Positions 49,640 through 57,829 of a DNA stretch of 64,000 nt are shown here, in pieces; positions within the stretch are counted from its first letter, which is position 1, and each line of letters begins with the position of its first letter. The position numbers were made by a program, and so were the translations under genes. A model generated the notes under the pieces. It ran no database searches. It was not told the DNA's origin and was given only the letters and a program-made list of their open reading frames with translations. Location of the stretch: assembly GCA_964553925.1 (NCBI GenBank), contig CAZKNR010000182.1:18132-82131 (forward strand). Reading direction: 5' to 3'. Source of the stretch: an uncultured Acidobacteriota bacterium (lineage in GTDB: Bacteria; Acidobacteriota; Vicinamibacteria; Marinacidobacterales; SMYC01).

Positions 49640-51232
49640 TCAACGGGTGAGGCCGAGTGCGACGGGGAGCGTCTTCGCCAGGATCTCGAGATTCGCTGCG
49701 ACGGATTCACTCGTGTCGAGGACGGCGTGCTCTGACGGATCCAGCTCGTCTACGGGCTCCCAGCTCCGCAGGAAATCATCGAGGACGTTGACACGGCCGT
49801 CGCTGACCGATTTCTCTTTCTCCCGTTCGCGGAGCCTCTCCCGACAGAGCTCACCTCCCGCGCGGCATTCGACGAAGACGAACGGGATACCGTTCGCCTG
49901 CGCGAGGCGCTTCGCCTCGGCGCGGTGCGCTCGGGCTCGAAACGATGCGTCGAGGATGACGGGCCTTCCCGACGCAAGCACCGCCGACGCGCGCCGGCAG
50001 AGCTCCGAGTACACCTTTCGAGTGAACTCTGCGGAATAGAAACCCGTCCACGAGCTCTCGGGCAGCGGATCTTCGGGCGCGACACCGGCGAGCTGCTTGC
50101 GGGTCCGGTCGGCATCCACCACCGGGGCCGGCATCTCTCTTCCGAGGGCATTGGCGAGGGTGCTTTTTCCCGAGCCAATCACTCCGCCGACGGCGATGAC
50201 CCTGGCGGGCACGAGCGATTGTCGCTCGGAAGCGAGCGCCAGGAGAAAGTAGCGCCGCGCCTCGGCGGCCGCCCGCTCTCGAACCCTGAGGCTCGCGGCC
50301 ACGTCGTGGGCGGTCATCGAAGCGATCTTTCCGCGAACGAAAGCGCGGTAGCTCTGATAGAAGTCCACGAGCGGGTAGAGGTCGTAGTCGCCCGCCTCGC
50401 GCGCGTAGCGGGCAATGAAGCGCTCCGCGAGGTCGACGCGCCCGTGCCAGGCGAGATCCATCGCGAGAAAGACCACATCGGCGCATACGTCCGCGAATCG
50501 AAACCGGTCGTTGAACTCGATGCAGTCGAGAATCGTCACCTCACCAGGCTCGCCGAGGTAGACGTGCTCGAGCCGCAAGTCGCCGTGACCGTCGCGGATC
50601 CGGCCGCTCCGAAGCCGCTCTTCGAAGAGCGACCGTCGTTCCTCCAGGAAGCGCAGCTGCCAGGCCTCGAGCTCCTTCACCCGGTCCGCGCCGAGGTATT
50701 GCCCGATCGTGGACCTCGTCTGCTCGAAGTTCTCGAGAACGTTGAATCGAATCGCCTCGACCGTCCCGAACGACTCGGCGGCCGCGCTCGGACCGCATTC
50801 GTGGTGGAATCTCGCCACGCGCCCGGCGACGAGCTCAATGTCCTCGCCCGTGAGATCTCCTCGTTCGAGCCGCACGTCCGCCCGATGCGAGTCCGGAAGT
50901 CGTTTCATGTGCACCGCCCAGTCGACCGGGTTGCCGTGCGGTCCGAAGCGGTGTCGGCCGGAGGCGTCGCGGATCACCGGGACGACGCCTCGATACACAT
51001 CCGGCGCCAGGCGCCGGTTCAGCCGGACTTCCGCCTCACAGGCTTCAAGGCGCTTCTCGATCGTGCTGAAGTCGAGAAAACCGAGCGATACCGGCTTCTT
51101 TACCTTGAACGCGTCATCGCCGCCGAGAAAAACCCACGAGATGTGAGTTTCCCGGAGCTCCATGCCGGGGGGAAAAAGGTCGACCGCCTTCGTTCCCATT
51201 ACGGTGACCTCAGCATGCAAATCCGATTCCAC
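49640..51232 (-). CDS. Bifunctional aminoglycoside-phosphotransferase-like kinase with a C-terminal P-loop (AAA/zeta-toxin-like) ATPase domain.
   Basis: The N-terminal part has an APH/protein-kinase-like fold. The C-terminal part carries a GVIGSGKSTLA P-loop. The start is GTG at 51232 or ATG at 51199. Confidence 0.7.
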   Translation of the reverse strand: MESDLHAEVTVMGTKAVDLFPPGMELRETHISWVFLGGDDAFKVKKPVSLGFLDFSTIEKRLEACEAEVRLNRRLAPDVYRGVVPVIRDASGRHRFGPHGNPVDWAVHMKRLPDSHRADVRLERGDLTGEDIELVAGRVARFHHECGPSAAAESFGTVEAIRFNVLENFEQTRSTIGQYLGADRVKELEAWQLRFLEERRSLFEERLRSGRIRDGHGDLRLEHVYLGEPGEVTILDCIEFNDRFRFADVCADVVFLAMDLAWHGRVDLAERFIARYAREAGDYDLYPLVDFYQSYRAFVRGKIASMTAHDVAASLRVRERAAAEARRYFLLALASERQSLVPARVIAVGGVIGSGKSTLANALGREMPAPVVDADRTRKQLAGVAPEDPLPESSWTGFYSAEFTRKVYSELCRRASAVLASGRPVILDASFRARAHRAEAKRLAQANGIPFVFVECRAGGELCRERLREREKEKSVSDGRVNVLDDFLRSWEPVDELDPSEHAVLDTSESVAANLEILAKTLPVALGLTR

Positions 51233-51260
51233 GCGCTTCGATGTCCCCCGGCAGTATGCG

Positions 51261-51277
51261 GAATTCTGCTAGAATTC
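51261..51277. promoter_or_regulatory. GAATTC-N5-GAATTC box overlapping a TAGAAT -10-like hexamer.
   Basis: Two AT-rich palindromic hexamers lie 11 bp centre-to-centre, 23 nt upstream of the first USP gene. Confidence 0.4.
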
Positions 51278-51299
51278 GGCCCACAAAGCGGGACTGCGA

Positions 51300-52169
51300 A
51301 TGAAAATCCGGCGAATCCTGATACCTACAGACCTGTCGGAGGCGGCCGATCGCGCGCTGAAGCAGGCGGTTGCGCTCGCGATCCAGCATCGAGCCAAGAT
51401 CGACATCCTCCACGTTGTCACGCTTCAGAACCTGGATCCGACGAACGTCCAGCAGGCCCTGGACGCCTATATGAAGAAAGTCGAGGACGAAGTCTTCGGC
51501 GATCTCGCGACCCGGAGCGACGCAATCAAGACCCGCGGGCTTGCCGTAGAGACCGTGGTCGTGCGACGCCCGTATCCGGTGGACGCGATTCTGGAACGGA
51601 TAAGGGAGACGGAGCCCGACGTGGTCGTCATGGGGACCCACGGTCGGTCCGGGCTCCGGAAGCTTCTGCTGGGAAGTGTCGCCGCGCGCATCGTCCTCGA
51701 GGCACGCTGTCCGGTGATGACCGTCGCGATGGACGCCGAAGTCGCCGAGGGTGAAAAAGGTTTCGATCCGATCCTCGTGCCCGTCGACTTCAGCGAATAC
51801 TCGGAGAGGGCAGTCGAAACGGCGCGGGCGCTCCGGGCGCCTTCGGGTCGGTTGATTCTGGAGCACGTGGTATCGAGCCCAGTGCACCCTTCGCTCTACG
51901 CCGGCGGGGTCGCGAAACTGTTCCAGCTCCATCCGGAGCTTCCTGGCCTCATCGGGAAGAAGCTCTCCGAGCTCGATCGAGGTCCGGGTGAGAGCGTCGT
52001 GACCGAAGGAAGCATCGTCGAAGAAATTCTCGAGACCGCGAGGTGCGTGAAGGCCCAGCTGATCGTAATGGGGACGCGGGGCCTGAGTCGGCCGGACTAT
52101 CTTCTTCTCGGGAGCGTCACCGAGAGAGTGATCGGACGCGCGAAGGTCCCGGTGTTCGCGATCAAGTAG
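51300..52169 (+). CDS. Universal stress protein, tandem UspA domains.
   Basis: Two Usp domains are present, each ending in a G..G....G..S ATP-binding motif. Confidence 0.85.
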   Translation: MKIRRILIPTDLSEAADRALKQAVALAIQHRAKIDILHVVTLQNLDPTNVQQALDAYMKKVEDEVFGDLATRSDAIKTRGLAVETVVVRRPYPVDAILERIRETEPDVVVMGTHGRSGLRKLLLGSVAARIVLEARCPVMTVAMDAEVAEGEKGFDPILVPVDFSEYSERAVETARALRAPSGRLILEHVVSSPVHPSLYAGGVAKLFQLHPELPGLIGKKLSELDRGPGESVVTEGSIVEEILETARCVKAQLIVMGTRGLSRPDYLLLGSVTERVIGRAKVPVFAIK

Positions 52170-52210
52170 TCGGCGGGGAGATGCCCGGGGTTCTCACGCG
52201 TCGAGTTTTG

Positions 52211-52226
52211 CGGCACGCCCCTTGCA
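52211..52226 (+). promoter_or_regulatory. Sigma-54 promoter, CGGCACG-cccc-TTGCA.
   Basis: The site matches TGGCACG-N4-TTGCA with one mismatch. It lies about 110 nt upstream of the second USP gene. Confidence 0.5.
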
Positions 52227-52336
52227 GGTATTGTGTGCTCGGGGCTGGGTACCCACAATCCGGGGCTCTCTCGCGACGATGGATGTCGGAGACAGGGGAG
52301 CCCGGAGCGGGTATGACATAGCCAAGTGAGGTCTCT

Positions 52337-53242
52337 ATGATCCGATTGGAACGCATCCTTTGTCCGACGGATTTCTCGAAGTTCGCGTTCCGCGCCGCGG
52401 ATTACGCCGTTGCCCTTGGCCGGCGTTACGACGCCGAGGTCCATTTCCTTCACGTCATCCCTTCGGCCCTGATTCATCCGGAGCAGTATCCCTATGTCGC
52501 GGAGGCGGTCCCGCTCGCGCCCGAGTTCCGAAAGCGCGCTCTCGAGCGCCTCGATGCCTTCGTCGCTCTTTCCAAGGCCGAGGGCGTGCGCACCCGGTTC
52601 AGCGTCGCCGAGGGCGCTCCGGTCAACGCGATCCTGGAGGCCGCTGAGGCCGATGAGGCGAGTCTTCTTTGTCTCGGGACTCACGGCCGGGAAGGTGTGG
52701 AACGGCTCGTTCTGGGCTCCGTCGCGGAGAAGGTTCTCCGCAAGGCCCGGTGCCCGGTGCTGACGGTCTCGGAGGCGGGGGACGAGCGCGCGCCGAAGGA
52801 GGCCGTCTTCAAGAACATCCTCTGCGCGGTCGATTTCGCTACGCTTTCTCTCAAAGCTGTTGAGTACTGCCTTTCCCTCGCCCAGGAGTCGGGCGGGCGG
52901 TTGACGCTCCTAAACACGGTGGAGTGGTTCCCCGACGAGCCGACCTGGATTGGAAGTCCGAACGTTTCCGACTACAAGTCGCAGATGGAAGAGCAGGTGA
53001 GAACCCGCCTCGAGGAGATCGTGCCCGAAGAGGCCGGGGAGTGGTGCGACGTCGAGGTCGTGGTCCGTTCGGGGAAGGCTTATCGGGAGATTCTCACCGT
53101 GGCCCGCGAACGGAGAGTCGACCTCATCGCTCTGGGCGTGCGCGGGCGAAATCCGCTGGACATCATGCTGTTCGGCTCGACGACCCAGCACGTCGTGCGC
53201 CATGCGGAATGCCCGGTGCTCACGATTTCGGAAGGAAACTAA
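52337..53242 (+). CDS. Universal stress protein, tandem UspA domains.
   Basis: Two Usp domains are present. Confidence 0.85.
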   Translation: MIRLERILCPTDFSKFAFRAADYAVALGRRYDAEVHFLHVIPSALIHPEQYPYVAEAVPLAPEFRKRALERLDAFVALSKAEGVRTRFSVAEGAPVNAILEAAEADEASLLCLGTHGREGVERLVLGSVAEKVLRKARCPVLTVSEAGDERAPKEAVFKNILCAVDFATLSLKAVEYCLSLAQESGGRLTLLNTVEWFPDEPTWIGSPNVSDYKSQMEEQVRTRLEEIVPEEAGEWCDVEVVVRSGKAYREILTVARERRVDLIALGVRGRNPLDIMLFGSTTQHVVRHAECPVLTISEGN

Positions 53243-54157
53243 GTGTTCAAAAAGATCCTTTGCCCCGTCGATTTCTCCGAGAGCTCGGATCGGGCTCTCG
53301 ACTACGCTCTCGCCATGGCAAAACGCCACGGAGGCCAGGTCACGGTGATGCACGTGCTTCCGACGGTCCTCGGCGATCCTGAGCTTTATCCGTACCTGAC
53401 CGAGCCGGTCCTGGCGAGCGGTGAAGCGCGGGATCGGGCTCATCGTCAGCTCGGAGATTTCGTGCATCGCGCGCTCGCGGACGGCATCGGCGCCGAGGTG
53501 ATCCTCGAGGACGGTGACGTGGTCGAGGAGGTGTTGAAGAAAGCGAAGACGCTCGAGGCGGATCTCGTCGTCATGGGAACCCACGGCCGCCGCGGTTTTC
53601 GGCGCCTTCTTCTCGGCTCCGTAACCGAGCGGGTCCTCAGGCAGTCGGAAGCACCGGTGCTCTCGATCTCGCCCTCGGCGCCGAAGATCGGAACGGACCG
53701 GGGTCCGTTCCAGAAGATCCTCTGTGCGGTGGACTTCTCTCCTGCCTCGCTCGCCGGGCTTTCAGTCGGCCTGGACCTCCGCGAGGGGAACGCGGAGCTC
53801 CTCGTTGTCCATGTCGTGGAGTTCTACCTCCCTCCCGCTCTCGGCGAAGCGGTCGCCTTCAATGTCACCGAGCTTCGAGGGCGCCACCGGTTGGAGGGAC
53901 AGGCGAAGCTGGAAAAGCTGGTGCCCGAGGACGCTCGAGCGCGCATCCGGCTCGAGACCGTGGTGCTGGAATCGGGGTCTCCCTACCAGGAGATTCTGAA
54001 GACGGCGGAGCGAGAAGAGTGCGAACTCATCGTGATGGGCGTCGCCGGCCGGAGTTCGGCGGATTTGGTGTTTTTCGGCTCGACTGCCAACCACGTGGTC
54101 CGCTCCGCCGCCTGTCCGGTTCTGACGGTTCGTTCTCCGGGCTCGAACCGAGGGTGA
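53243..54157 (+). CDS. Universal stress protein, tandem UspA domains.
   Basis: The GTG start lies immediately after the upstream TAA. Two Usp domains are present. Confidence 0.85.
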   Translation: MFKKILCPVDFSESSDRALDYALAMAKRHGGQVTVMHVLPTVLGDPELYPYLTEPVLASGEARDRAHRQLGDFVHRALADGIGAEVILEDGDVVEEVLKKAKTLEADLVVMGTHGRRGFRRLLLGSVTERVLRQSEAPVLSISPSAPKIGTDRGPFQKILCAVDFSPASLAGLSVGLDLREGNAELLVVHVVEFYLPPALGEAVAFNVTELRGRHRLEGQAKLEKLVPEDARARIRLETVVLESGSPYQEILKTAEREECELIVMGVAGRSSADLVFFGSTANHVVRSAACPVLTVRSPGSNRG

Positions 54158-54161
54158 AGAC

Positions 54162-54581
54162 GTGTTTCGAACCATCGTAGTTCCCGTGGACCTGACGGAT
54201 CGAAACCAGCCCGCGGTCGAGATGGCGGCAAAGCTTTCGACCCAATCCCAGGGGACGATTCATCTCCTCCACGTCATCGAGACGATTTCCGGTTTCTCGG
54301 TAGAGGAGGAGCCGGAATTCTACGGACGGCTGGAGAAGCGAGCGGCAAAGCACCTGGAAGCGCTTTCGGCGCCATTACGCGAGAGCGGAATCCGGGTCGA
54401 GTCCGAGGTGATTTACGGGCGGCGCGCGAAGACCATACTCGAGGAGGCGGGGAAGATTGGCGCGGACCTTCTCGTGATCCAATCTCATCGCATCGATGGG
54501 GAGCGGCGGGGGGAGGGGCTCGCGACCTTGAGTCATCAGGTTGGACTCTTTGCGCTTTGCCCGGTGCTCCTCGTCAGATAG
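54162..54581 (+). CDS. Universal stress protein, single domain.
   Basis: The GTG start lies 4 nt after the upstream stop. One Usp domain is present. Confidence 0.8.
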   Translation: MFRTIVVPVDLTDRNQPAVEMAAKLSTQSQGTIHLLHVIETISGFSVEEEPEFYGRLEKRAAKHLEALSAPLRESGIRVESEVIYGRRAKTILEEAGKIGADLLVIQSHRIDGERRGEGLATLSHQVGLFALCPVLLVR

Positions 54582-54596
54582 CGAAGGAGGAAAGCC

Positions 54597-54719
54597 ATGA
54601 CAGAGCTGAGCCAGTTCCTTCTGCACAGCACGAAGGGAAAGATTCTTCTCGTCGGATTGTTCCTGGTACTCTCTTTGCTCTTCGCCTCGGCCGCGGGATG
54701 GCTGCCGGCGGTTTACTGA
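54597..54719 (+). CDS. 40-aa hydrophobic single-transmembrane peptide (MTELSQFLLHSTKGKILLVGLFLVLSLLFASAAGWLPAVY).
   Basis: AAGGAGG lies 7 nt upstream of the ATG. The ORF is open. It falls below the length cut-off of the ORF track. Confidence 0.4.
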   Translation: MTELSQFLLHSTKGKILLVGLFLVLSLLFASAAGWLPAVY

Positions 54720-54734
54720 CTCGGAGGAATTTGA

Positions 54735-55054
54735 GTGCGCTTTTGCCTTTGGCTTCTACTTGTGGCTTACGCTGTCGCTCGGCCAGGCTGGGCTCAGGAG
54801 AACCGCTGCGCCGACTGCCACATCGCCAACCCGCAAGCCGACCCCGTCCCGGGGCACACGTAGGACTGGGAAACGTCGGCTCATGGGCGCAACGTCGTCG
54901 GATGCGAGAATTGCCACGACATGAGCAGGCCCAGATCCCGCTCCGCGAAGCCGTCCACTCCGCCCACGCGTTCGTGTTCGACCAGATGAGGGAGCGTTTG
55001 AAGGCGGCGAAGGAGAGAAGTGAGGCGCTTCTCACCGAGCTCGCGAACCCGTAG
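54735..55054 (+). pseudogene. Disrupted dihaem cytochrome c gene.
   Basis: A signal peptide (VRFCLWLLLVAYAVARPGWAQ) is followed by CADCH. An in-frame TAG lies at 54861. A second motif, W..SAH....CENCH, follows in the same frame. A frameshift near 54920 leads into a protein-like C-terminus (HEQAQIPLREAVHSAHAFVFDQMRERLKAAKERSEALLTELANP). Confidence 0.4.
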
Positions 55055-55150
55055 CCGCAGGCGGTATGCCGACCGGGTGCTATGGCGCGCGGTCTCGTGA
55101 AATGCCCCACTGGAGTATGGGTAAGCGCGGTTCGACCCATCAGTGGGTCA

Positions 55151-55166
55151 TGGCACCCACCGTGCA
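55151..55166 (+). promoter_or_regulatory. Sigma-54 promoter, TGGCACC-cacc-GTGCA.
   Basis: The -24/-12 arrangement is almost identical to the flotillin promoter. It lies just upstream of the AAGGAGG and ATG of the CBS gene. Confidence 0.45.
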
Positions 55167-55185
55167 CGAGAGCAAGGAGGCAGCG

Positions 55186-55629
55186 ATGGGACTCAAAGGA
55201 CTGATGAAGACTCAGCCTGCGACGCTCTCGCCCGGCGCGAGCGTACTCGAAGCCTGCCGGATCATGAGCGAGCGGAAGCTCAGCGCCGTTGCGGTGGTGG
55301 AGGAGGGGAAGCTGCGGGGCATCCTGACACAGGGCGACGTCCTCGCGCGGGTGGTGCTTTCCAAGCGGGACCCGGAGAAGGTCATGATCTCCGAGGTGAT
55401 GACCCAAGACGTCGTCACCATCACCGCGGAGCGTTCCTGCGGGGATGCGCTGCGTTTGATGGTGGAGCGCGGGCACAACGTTCTCCCGGTGATCGAGAAG
55501 GGTGGAGAAGAGGAGCTCGCGGGAATAATCACCCTCCCCGAGCTGCTGAAGAACGAGATCGATCACTTGGCGAACGAGCTCGACGCGGTGACGAGCTACT
55601 TCACCTCCGATGGCGCCGGCGGCGACTGA
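55186..55629 (+). CDS. CBS-domain pair protein (147 aa).
   Basis: The start is the ATG at 55186, after AAGGAGG. Tandem CBS domains are present. The upstream extension in the track is rejected. Confidence 0.8.
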   Translation: MGLKGLMKTQPATLSPGASVLEACRIMSERKLSAVAVVEEGKLRGILTQGDVLARVVLSKRDPEKVMISEVMTQDVVTITAERSCGDALRLMVERGHNVLPVIEKGGEEELAGIITLPELLKNEIDHLANELDAVTSYFTSDGAGGD

Positions 55630-55818
55630 TGACCGACGCGGCCGCAGGAAGGTTTACTCAGATATCTCCCGCACGGCCCTCGAGTGTTTTCCCTCAGCGC
55701 TGGGGCAGAAGCCGCATTGAGGCGAGGCATGCCTTCCGTCATATCCGTGCGCCTCCAGGGACACGCTGGTTTCCGCTTCGACGCGGCTTGGCATAGTCCG
55801 TGAAGTACCGAACCGGCG

Positions 55819-56583
55819 ATGGCTAGAGCTCGGCTTCTCCGTGCCGTGGCGCTCAGCGCATTGATGTCCCTTTTCTCCGGGACGGTCGAGTCGTTCCAGA
55901 AGCCGCCCGACGTCGAAGCCGTCCTCGCCCATCTCGATGATCTTTACCGCTCGAAGAGCAGCGTGTCCCGGATGGAGATCCGGGTGGAAAGTCGCCGCAC
56001 TACTCGAACCCTTCGGCTCAAGGCATGGAGCCGTGGCGAGGAAGAGGTACTGGTAGTCATCGAAGAGCCCGCGCGTGAGGCGGGGACGGCCACCCTTCGG
56101 GTGGGCGACAATCTCTGGAACTACCTTCCGCGCATCGCGCGCACCATCCGGGTTCCCCCGGCGATGATGCTGGGCTCGTGGATGGGAACCGACTTCACCA
56201 ACGACGACTTGGTGAAAGAATCGTCGCTCCACAAGGATTTCGTCTCGCGGGTGCAGCGCCGTTCCGAGGACCCGAAAGGCTGGTGGCTCACGCTCGACGT
56301 CAAGCCGGAAGTCGTGGGCCGCTGGGCCAAAATCGAGTTTCTGGTCTCCGACGATTGGCTTCCGATCGAAGAGCGGCACTTCGACCGAAAAGGGCGGCTC
56401 GCGCGAACCATGCGCTTCGACGAGGTGAAGACACTCGGCGGGCGCCGCCTTCCCGCGCGCCTGGTCCTCACCCCGACCGACGCCGAAGGCCAGAGCACCG
56501 AGCTTCGCTATCTCGAGATCGACTTCGACGTCCCGATTGCCGACGACACTTTCAGCCTCTCCCGGCTGGAGCGAACCCGCTAA
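55819..56583 (+). CDS. Outer-membrane lipoprotein-sorting (LolA-like) protein.
   Basis: A signal peptide is present. The unclosed-barrel LolA-like family is typically encoded next to FtsX-type permeases. Confidence 0.7.
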   Translation: MARARLLRAVALSALMSLFSGTVESFQKPPDVEAVLAHLDDLYRSKSSVSRMEIRVESRRTTRTLRLKAWSRGEEEVLVVIEEPAREAGTATLRVGDNLWNYLPRIARTIRVPPAMMLGSWMGTDFTNDDLVKESSLHKDFVSRVQRRSEDPKGWWLTLDVKPEVVGRWAKIEFLVSDDWLPIEERHFDRKGRLARTMRFDEVKTLGGRRLPARLVLTPTDAEGQSTELRYLEIDFDVPIADDTFSLSRLERTR

Positions 56584-56595
56584 CGAGGGAAACTC

Positions 56596-57828
56596 ATGGT
56601 CGCCGGAAGCACGCTTCGAATCGCCTGGCGAAACCTTTGGCGCAACCGCCGCCGCACCACCCTCGCTGTTTCCGCCATCGGCCTCTCGGTCGCTCTCGTC
56701 CTCGCGTATTACTCGCTCCTCCGGGCCTATGCCGACTGGATCCTGGAGACGCTGACCGGCCCCATGATCGGCCACGTCCAGATCCACGCGCCCGAGTGGC
56801 GAAAGGACCGCGCGATGGATCGCACGATCCGAGACGTCTCTTCGATTCTCGATGCGTTGCGACGCGATCCCGAGGTGGCGAGCGCGACCGTCCGCGTCTA
56901 CGCCCCCGCTCTCGCCGCCCTTGCAGAGGAAGGCTTCGCGGTGGTCGTCCTCGGCGTCGACTGGGAGGCCGAGTCTCGCCCGAGCCGTCTTCTCGCGGGT
57001 GCTTCGACGCCCGGGAGCCGCGGCCGCGTGCTCATGGGGAGGACGCTCGCCGAGATGATGGGCGTTCGCGAAGGCGACGAGATCGCGCTCGTCGGTCAGG
57101 GAGCCGACGGCTCGCTCGCCAACGACCTGGTCCAGGTCCAGGGCCTGATTCAAACCCCGGTGGACTTCGTGAACCGACAGGGCATCCTTCTCGAGATCGG
57201 CGAGGCCCAGACGCTCTTCGCGATGCGCGATGAGGCCCACGAGGTGGTGGTGCACGCCCGCGATCCCGAAGGGGTGAAGCTCCTGGCTTCACGGCTCGCC
57301 TCACTTCCGAATCTGGCCGACGCCGAAGTCCTCGACTGGCAGACGCTCGCGCCCGAGATGGTCAGTCTCATCGAGATCATCGAGGTCGCGGGGGTATTTG
57401 CGCTCGTCTTGATCTTCGTCGCGGCGGCGGCCGGTGTCGCGAATACGATGCTCATGGCGACCTTCGAGCGCACGCACGAGATCGGAATGCTCCTCGCTCT
57501 CGGGGCCGCGCCCGGTCGCATCGTTCGTATGATCCTCGCCGAGTCCATCGCCCTGGGCCTTACGGGCGCCGCGCTCGGCGGCACCCTGGGCATACTCTTC
57601 GTGGCGGTGACTCACGAGACCGGCCTCGACTTCGCCGCTCTCACGGGAGGAGGGCCGACAGAGATTTCCTTCGCCGGCCTCTCGTGGTCGATGCGGTTCT
57701 ATCCGAGCCTCGCGCCCTCGGATGTGGGGCGCACGATCCTGGCCGTGCTCGTGACCTCGCTCATCGCTTCCGTCTGGCCCGCGCTGCGAGCGGCCCGTCT
57801 CGAGCCGGCTCGGGCGCTAAAGGATTGA
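56596..57828 (+). CDS. ABC transporter permease (FtsX/MacB/LolC-like).
   Basis: Four transmembrane helices and a large periplasmic loop are present. The FtsX C-terminal domain is present. Confidence 0.85.
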   Translation: MVAGSTLRIAWRNLWRNRRRTTLAVSAIGLSVALVLAYYSLLRAYADWILETLTGPMIGHVQIHAPEWRKDRAMDRTIRDVSSILDALRRDPEVASATVRVYAPALAALAEEGFAVVVLGVDWEAESRPSRLLAGASTPGSRGRVLMGRTLAEMMGVREGDEIALVGQGADGSLANDLVQVQGLIQTPVDFVNRQGILLEIGEAQTLFAMRDEAHEVVVHARDPEGVKLLASRLASLPNLADAEVLDWQTLAPEMVSLIEIIEVAGVFALVLIFVAAAAGVANTMLMATFERTHEIGMLLALGAAPGRIVRMILAESIALGLTGAALGGTLGILFVAVTHETGLDFAALTGGGPTEISFAGLSWSMRFYPSLAPSDVGRTILAVLVTSLIASVWPALRAARLEPARALKD

Positions 57829-57829
57829 C

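Noticed and set aside
51215-51231. The minus-strand TGGAATC-ggat-TTGCAT site as a sigma-54 promoter for the APH-like kinase.
   Set aside because: There are two mismatches in the -24 box, and the site overlaps the annotated GTG start codon. It is only mentioned as a possibility.
54861-54863. Programmed read-through or pyrrolysine at the in-frame TAG of the cytochrome c remnant.
   Set aside because: No pyl genes or methylamine-methyltransferase context is present. A second lesion (a frameshift) lies 60 nt downstream. A pseudogene or assembly error is more parsimonious.
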